Source: an uncultured Thiotrichales bacterium (GTDB lineage: Bacteria; Pseudomonadota; Gammaproteobacteria; GCA-2400775). From it: 64,000 bases of DNA. The translations under genes and the position numbers were made by a program. The stretch is taken from NCBI GenBank assembly GCA_964617475.1, contig CAZTYM010000001.1, positions 35,339-99,338 on the forward strand. Reading direction: 5' to 3'. Below are positions 58,634 through 64,000 of the stretch, in pieces; within the stretch, counting starts at the first letter, position 1, and each line of letters starts with the position of its first letter. The notes beneath the pieces were generated by a model that was not told the DNA's origin, ran no database searches, and saw nothing but the letters and a program-made list of their open reading frames with translations.

Positions 58634-59636
58634 TTTTGCTTTGATATCAGTAGCGGTTATCGCGTTTTGCCTCATCATGTATGTCTTACTTGACGGCTTC
58701 GATCTTGGCGTTGGAATTTTATTTCCTTTCGCTGGTAACGAAGAAACGCGTGACAGTATGATCAATAGTATTGCGCCGGTGTGGGATGGTAATGAAACCT
58801 GGTTAATCATGGGTGGCGCTGTATTATTTGCCGGCTTTCCGCAAGCCTATGCAATTGTGCTCTCTGCCTTTTATTTGCCAATCATGTTGATGTTGTTTTC
58901 GCTCATATTTCGCGGTGTTGCTTTTGAGTTTCGGATGAAGGCAAATGAAAGTAAGTTTCTTTGGACGGCGGTCTTTTTTGCGGCGTCATTTATGGCTGCT
59001 TTTAGTCAGGGGTTACTGCTGGCGGGTTTGATAACGGGTGTTCATGTTGAAAATGGCGAGTTTGCCGGTGGCACATTCGATTGGGTGTCTCCTTTTGCCC
59101 TGATTGTAGGATTCGGCATGGTCTGCGGTTATGGTTTATTGGGTGCAACTTGGCTAGTTCGCAAAACAGAGTATGATTTGCTAGTGATGTCTTTTCGTGC
59201 ATCCATGGTATTTATGATTGCTATCTTAATATTTATGGCAATTGTTAGTATGTACACACCACGTTTGGTGCCGCAAATAGCCGAGCGTTGGTTCTCTGGG
59301 GATAATATGTTTTATTTACTACCCGCGCCGATTGTAGGTTTGCTATGCGCATGGCGTTTGTGGCATGACCTTCGTGCTAAGCGAGAGGATTCGCCATTCT
59401 TTTGGGCTATTGGTTTATTCCTTAGTGGTTATTTAGGTTTAGCAGCTAGCTTTTGGCCTTATATCATACCGTTCGAACTCACTATTTGGGATACATCATC
59501 GCCGGCATCGTCGCAGCTGTTTTTATTGATTCCAATTGCTTTTATCTTACCCATCACATTGTTATATAGCTGGTACAGCTACAGAGTCTTTAGAGGCAAG
59601 GTTTCTGATGTCAGTGGTTACTCATCGCACAAATAA
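58623..59636 (+). CDS. cydB: Cytochrome bd-type quinol oxidase subunit II (CioB/CydB)
   Basis: It is a 337-aa polytopic membrane protein that overlaps the subunit I stop. Confidence 0.9.
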   Translation: MELDFALISVAVIAFCLIMYVLLDGFDLGVGILFPFAGNEETRDSMINSIAPVWDGNETWLIMGGAVLFAGFPQAYAIVLSAFYLPIMLMLFSLIFRGVAFEFRMKANESKFLWTAVFFAASFMAAFSQGLLLAGLITGVHVENGEFAGGTFDWVSPFALIVGFGMVCGYGLLGATWLVRKTEYDLLVMSFRASMVFMIAILIFMAIVSMYTPRLVPQIAERWFSGDNMFYLLPAPIVGLLCAWRLWHDLRAKREDSPFFWAIGLFLSGYLGLAASFWPYIIPFELTIWDTSSPASSQLFLLIPIAFILPITLLYSWYSYRVFRGKVSDVSGYSSHK

Positions 59637-59637
59637 G

Positions 59638-59766
59638 ATGGCAGAGCAGCAAGGATTAAGTCAGCGACTTGCTTGGTTTTTTATGCTTTGGATTGGCTCA
59701 GTGTTGGCCTTATTTTTACTCACTTGGCCATTACGTTGGTTATTTGGCACCGTCATTAATCTATAA
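59638..59766 (+). CDS. Small membrane protein (42 aa) downstream of the bd oxidase genes (DUF2474/CydX-like accessory subunit candidate)
   Basis: ATG at 59638 lies 1 nt after the cydB TAA. The product (MAEQQGLSQRLAWFFMLWIGSVLALFLLTWPLRWLFGTVINL) has a single TM helix. The six-frame ORF 59536..59766 is the same frame with an upstream extension overlapping cydB. Confidence 0.55.
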   Translation: MAEQQGLSQRLAWFFMLWIGSVLALFLLTWPLRWLFGTVINL

Positions 59767-59848
59767 ATTTTAAACTTAGTGTCCATATCTATTGCTGCTG
59801 CGGCGGTACTGTATTACAGTGCGGGTCACACAATTATTGGAGACTGAG

Positions 59849-60346
59849 ATGGCGAGTATTACTCTAAAAGGTAATGAAATTCATACCAATGGTGATGTGC
59901 CTGCTGTAGGAAGCACAGCACCGGATTTTCATCTGGTTGATAAAGACCTTAATGATGTGCGTTTGGATACTTATTCTGGTAAGAAAAAACTGATCAGTGT
60001 GGTACCAAGCTTAGATACACCTGTTTGTCAGCTTTCAACCAAAAAGTTTGATGAGTTTGCGAAAAGCCGAGACGATGTTGTGGTGTTAACAGTATCTGCA
60101 GATTTACCGTTTGCAATGGGTCGTTTTTGTACTGGTGAAGGCTTAGAGAATGTTGTGCCGCTTTCTATGATGCGATCAAGAAACTTTGCTAAAGACTACG
60201 GTGTATTAATTGAGGATGGGCCATTAGCAGGTATTACTGCGCGTGCATTGATTTCACTAGATAGTGATAACAAGGTTGTCTATTCACAACTCGTCGGTGA
60301 AATTGCCGATGAGCCAGATTATGACGGTGCTATAGGCGCTTTGTAG
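59849..60346 (+). CDS. tpx: Thiol peroxidase Tpx
   Basis: It begins MASITLKGNEIHTNGDVPAVGSTAPDF and contains SLDTPVC (peroxidatic Cys) and GRFC. The ATG at 59849 has a GGAG RBS. Confidence 0.9.
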   Translation: MASITLKGNEIHTNGDVPAVGSTAPDFHLVDKDLNDVRLDTYSGKKKLISVVPSLDTPVCQLSTKKFDEFAKSRDDVVVLTVSADLPFAMGRFCTGEGLENVVPLSMMRSRNFAKDYGVLIEDGPLAGITARALISLDSDNKVVYSQLVGEIADEPDYDGAIGAL

Positions 60347-60947
60347 TTTCGTTTGGTAAGGATTCTTCTTCGTTACCAGTTTCTGTTTCCATGGTGTGTT
60401 CGTGGCAAAGCTTAGCGGTTTCGCTCGCCTCGAGAGGGACTTGCAGTAATCCACAACTGTAATTGCTGCCTTCGTAACAGAAATATTTGCAGGTTCTGCA
60501 CACACCAAAGCTCTGAACGTGGTGTTGCTGCGTGAGTTCTTGTAGTAGTTGAGTTAAATCTTCTGCCATGCGCTCACGTTGCTGCGCCGGCAGACGTTCA
60601 CAGGTGTTACTCCATTGTTCGTTGGAAAAGGCATTTTTTACAACGTCTTTGCCGGCATCTGTTAATAACAGATGCACAATCCTTCTATCATTTTCGTCTT
60701 GAGATTTGCTAATTAAACCTTTGTTTTCTAAGACAATTACTGACTGAGAAACGGTACCTTTGCTGATACCTAGGTAGCGACTAAGTGACAGGGGAGTGTT
60801 ACTAATACGATTGCATAATGCGAGATATTCGAGAACTTGAACATGCACTGGCTGCAGCCCGTCGGCCTTTCCTAATTCGCGTTCTTCTAATCTGAGCAAA
60901 TTACCAATTCGCTCGATTAGCTCTAACAAATACTGACTGTTTTTCAT
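60330..60947 (-). CDS. MarR-family transcriptional regulator with Cys-rich C-terminal extension
   Basis: The MarR winged HTH (LSLSRYLGISKGTVSQSVIVLENKGLISKSQDENDRR) is followed by an approximately 60-aa tail containing six Cys (CRTCKYFCYEGSNYSCGLL...CHEHT). Confidence 0.8.
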   Translation of the reverse strand: MKNSQYLLELIERIGNLLRLEERELGKADGLQPVHVQVLEYLALCNRISNTPLSLSRYLGISKGTVSQSVIVLENKGLISKSQDENDRRIVHLLLTDAGKDVVKNAFSNEQWSNTCERLPAQQRERMAEDLTQLLQELTQQHHVQSFGVCRTCKYFCYEGSNYSCGLLQVPLEASETAKLCHEHTMETETGNEEESLPNETTKRL

Positions 60948-61098
60948 ACTACATACAGCTTATTAAACTTCGGACGGCAATAGTATCGGATACAAACTAG
61001 CTTGACCAGTCTTTTCATCTTGTATTATGTATCGACTCAATACTATAAATCCAATGAGGAGCTAGAACAACGGTAACTTCGATTGTGGGTTGCTAATC

Positions 61099-61230
61099 AT
61101 GTTTGATCCATTTGAGAGTAAGGATGTTGGTGGTGCTATACGCTTAGTGACAGATCGCGGTGCTGGTTGTTTCGCGTGTCATGAAGCTAATGCGAAAGAC
61201 AGTGATTACGTTTTTAGTCAATTGCGCTAG
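61099..61230 (+). CDS. Candidate 43-aa ORF carrying a CxxCH heme-binding-like motif (possible c-type cytochrome remnant)
   Basis: MFDPFESKDVGGAIRLVTDRGAGCFACHEANAKDSDYVFSQLR. It has no signal peptide and a weak RBS. Confidence 0.2.
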   Translation: MFDPFESKDVGGAIRLVTDRGAGCFACHEANAKDSDYVFSQLR

Positions 61231-61257
61231 TTATGATTTGAACTGTTAATAACAGTA

Positions 61258-62670
61258 TCAAGAATGATTTGAACAATACTGCAGTTCTGGCCACTCTTGA
61301 GCATTGTGTTGTTGAACAAACTCTATTAGGTCCATGCCTTTCAAGGGTTTGGCAAAAAGATACCCTTGAATAATGCTGACACCTTTTGATAAGAGAATAT
61401 TTTTTTGCTCATTGGTTTCAACGCCTTCAGCAATTAACTCTAAAGCGATATTGCGCGTGGCATAACAAAGCATTTGTAGAAAATGAGTTTCAGCCGATTC
61501 CGTAACAAGTTTTGATGTTAGCTCACGATCCAATTTTATGCCGCCAACAACGCCTGATGAAATAAGCGAAAGTGAGCCATAGCCTGAACCAAAGTCATCA
61601 ATAATGGTACGAATTCCTAAATTGCCAATTCTGGATAATGTTTCGGTAACGTTTGAAGACAGTTTTGGATCGAAATACGAACTTTCGGTGATTTCAATAT
61701 CCAGGAATTTTTCAATACCAGGATTATTTTTTATACAAGTATCGAACACTTCGTATAAATCAAATTGCTTCCAGTTAAATACTGATTGAGAGATATTCAC
61801 AGAGAAGCGAATAGCACACCCCAACTCCTTATGAAACTGTGCAACAAAAGATGTCACTATTTCAATAGAGAGTTTGGTGAGTGCCAATATATGCTCGCAA
61901 GACTCTGCGACACTGATAAATTCATCTGGGGATACTACGCCTAGCTCTGAGTCATGCCAGCGCATTAAAGATTCTACGCCAACAATTTCTTTTTTATTGA
62001 TATCAAACTGTGGTTGATAGGCGAAGCTGATGTTCCTGTTATTAATAGCCTCACTAAGGCGTTCATGTATTTTTGCGCGCCGCATTTGTTGGTCGAGCGT
62101 TAGTTTGGTATACCGATAAATTTGGTTAGATATATTGCTCTCAGTCCATGCTGCACTGGATACATAGCGCGTTACATCAGGAAAGCTTTTGCAAATCCCA
62201 CAGTCATCGGGGTATATCAAATAACCGATCAGATAATCGATATGGATATTGACCTCGTTATCCGTGGTTTTACCAGGTATTGAGATAGTTTGGTGTAATA
62301 AATGAGTAATCTTTTTAAGTAATTGTTGTACTGATAACTCTATTTCATCATCCCAAACGTGTATCGAAAAACCAAAAGGCAATATACACAAACGAGAGCA
62401 TCCAGGAAGTACCTTTGATAGTTTAGTCGATAATTCTCGCCAAAATGAGAGACCACCTTCAATACCAGCAAGATAGTGTGCTTGTTCGTAACCTTTGGTA
62501 ACAATCAGAACGAAAGCGGATTTTTCTTCTGTTCTATTGCAATAATCGATTAATAATTGGCCACAGTGGCGAGAGGTATGAATATCAACGGTACAACTTT
62601 GACCTGATTGTCGATAGTATTTATCAACAAGTGTGTTTATTTCTAGCGCTTCTGAGCTTTCGTCATACAT
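61258..62670 (-). CDS. EAL-domain c-di-GMP phosphodiesterase with N-terminal degenerate GGDEF-like/sensor region
   Basis: The C-terminal EAL domain has QPQFD, ESLMRW, DDFGSGYGSL and EITE. The N-terminal ~200 aa lack a GG(D/E)EF motif. Confidence 0.8.
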   Translation of the reverse strand: MYDESSEALEINTLVDKYYRQSGQSCTVDIHTSRHCGQLLIDYCNRTEEKSAFVLIVTKGYEQAHYLAGIEGGLSFWRELSTKLSKVLPGCSRLCILPFGFSIHVWDDEIELSVQQLLKKITHLLHQTISIPGKTTDNEVNIHIDYLIGYLIYPDDCGICKSFPDVTRYVSSAAWTESNISNQIYRYTKLTLDQQMRRAKIHERLSEAINNRNISFAYQPQFDINKKEIVGVESLMRWHDSELGVVSPDEFISVAESCEHILALTKLSIEIVTSFVAQFHKELGCAIRFSVNISQSVFNWKQFDLYEVFDTCIKNNPGIEKFLDIEITESSYFDPKLSSNVTETLSRIGNLGIRTIIDDFGSGYGSLSLISSGVVGGIKLDRELTSKLVTESAETHFLQMLCYATRNIALELIAEGVETNEQKNILLSKGVSIIQGYLFAKPLKGMDLIEFVQQHNAQEWPELQYCSNHS

Positions 62671-63202
62671 TCAGTACCTACCTTACATGTAGCGATTAGA
62701 CTTATTAGATCTGTTTATTACCTCTTATTAATCTTCTTTTGATTTTATGTCCTTGTTATATGCCCTATGAATAGTTTCTGCATAATAAAAATTACATTGC
62801 ACGACTTAAATTAGCAGTGCGCTATCCTGTTGAGCTATATTTTTAGCTTCGAGTCTTTTATAAGCTAATCAGTTCAATTTATTTGTCGGCTATTAGGGTG
62901 CTTAATTAACCTTAGAGATTTTGGGGTTTTACAATAAAGTAAGTATTTTCCCAGCGAGGGCAATACTGATAGCATCACTGAGTCGCCAGCTTTTTGTTTG
63001 AGTAGGAAACGAACGTGGGCCCAATTCATGCGTGCCAAGTAAAGCTATCGCTACGATACGTATGCCCATAGGCCATAATCTTTTGCTTGTATCAACTGGT
63101 TTTTTGCCTAAATCAAAATTCGTGTTTGCCGCTTGTGCAATCGATGCATTTTGATGTATCTATGTATTTTCGAACAAATATTTTTTCGTAGTTGAAAATT
63201 AG

Positions 63203-64000
63203 ATGATAAGTAAACTGAGTAATAAGCCTGCAAAGTTTTTGCTTGTTTTTGCCACGCTACTAATGTTGTGTTTTCAAGCAGCAGCGGCAGAGTATGCGAT
63301 TATTTATACAGGTAACTTAGATGGTGAGTTGGAACCTTGTGGTTGCAGTGTAGAAGGTAACTCCGGTGGTATATTACGGCGCGCCCAAAAGCTAGACGAA
63401 TTAAGAGCGGAAAATCCAGATATTTTTGCTATTTCAGCAGGTGGCTTAATCTATAATGGCTTGACCGAAGAAAAACTAAAATCAGAATATATTTTCTCGG
63501 GCTATGCTGAAATCGGCTACGATGCAGTAGCGGTTCAATGGGCTGACATACGTTACGGTAATGAATTCGCTACAGAGAGTGGTATTCCATGGGTTAGTAG
63601 CAATTGGTTGACTGATGAGTTTATCGATACGCATGTTGTCACCCACGAAGAGCAATCACTCGCATTTTTCGGTTGGCTAGCACCAGAAGATTCACCTTAC
63701 CGTGCTATGCAAGGGCAGCATCGCGTAGTTGACGGTTCCGCATCCGATTTGGCAAATAACTTGAGGCAAGCCCGAAATAATGGTCATTTGACTGTACTTA
63801 GTTCTACCTATTCATATGAGCATGCAAAAGAGTTTTTTCCTTTAGAGCTGGTTGATATTCTGATGATCAAAGCGGCCTACGAAGAATACCCGGACCCGCA
63901 GATGCTAGATGGCACGCTGGTATTACAGCCGGGATCCCGAGGACTGCGACTTGGCAAACTTAAGCTGAGTTTCGAAGCGGGTAAAGGAATCACACAATGG
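63203..64000 (+). CDS. Hypothetical secreted protein, 3-prime partial (runs off the window end)
   Basis: ATG at 63203 is followed by a signal peptide (FLLVFATLLMLCFQAAAA). The frame stays open to 64000. There is a metallophosphoesterase/5-prime-nucleotidase-like N-terminal motif with a PCGC variation (IIYTGNLDGELEPCGC). Confidence 0.5.
   Translation, partial: MISKLSNKPAKFLLVFATLLMLCFQAAAAEYAIIYTGNLDGELEPCGCSVEGNSGGILRRAQKLDELRAENPDIFAISAGGLIYNGLTEEKLKSEYIFSGYAEIGYDAVAVQWADIRYGNEFATESGIPWVSSNWLTDEFIDTHVVTHEEQSLAFFGWLAPEDSPYRAMQGQHRVVDGSASDLANNLRQARNNGHLTVLSSTYSYEHAKEFFPLELVDILMIKAAYEEYPDPQMLDGTLVLQPGSRGLRLGKLKLSFEAGKGITQW

Noticed and set aside
1-64000. CRISPR arrays, IS elements/transposases, integrases, tRNA or rRNA genes
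   Set aside because: No direct-repeat/spacer arrays, no transposase or integrase-like ORFs and no tRNA-like cloverleaf sequences were recognised. The only mobile-DNA-like signal is compositional, in the AT-rich two-component insert and the ORFan.

Overview
The window is a ~40 kb polar-flagellum and chemotaxis supercluster from a moderately AT-rich gammaproteobacterium. The organisation is Vibrio/Pseudomonas-like and reminiscent of Alteromonadales. In order: a large glycosyltransferase (5-prime partial), flagellin, flaG, a second flagellin, fliD, fliS, a FliT-like protein and an unknown 193-aa protein. Next come flrA/fleQ, flrB/fleS, flrC/fleR and fliEFGHIJ-fliK. An AT-rich histidine-kinase/receiver pair follows on the opposite strand. 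Then fliLMNOPQR-flhB-flhA-flhF-flhG-fliA-cheYZAB, a MotA/MotB-like stator pair, a ParA-like ATPase, a CheW-like protein, cheW, a 54-aa ORF and a DUF2802-like gene. Downstream is an accessory signalling block: a convergent FliK-like / FlhB-C-domain / REC-GGDEF(degenerate)-EAL operon, a DUF4339-pentapeptide membrane protein, two tandem CheY-like receivers and a small Mrr-like protein. The final 18 kb are housekeeping and oxidative-stress genes: tsaB, trm112-like, mscL, cpdA, HIT, glutaredoxin-like, ahpCF, MAPEG, YpfJ-like, amidohydrolase, cioAB-type bd oxidase with a 42-aa small subunit, tpx, MarR, an EAL protein and a partial secreted protein at the window end. Sigma-28-like promoters precede both flagellins. 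GG-N10-GC sigma-54-like promoters precede fliD, flrB, fliK and fliL. No CRISPR arrays, tRNA/rRNA genes or obvious transposases were seen. The features most worth a second look are the horizontally acquired-looking two-component pair splitting fliK from fliL, the FliK-like/FlhB-C/c-di-GMP operon, the palindromic elements in the flaB-fliD spacer and several small uncharacterised ORFs.
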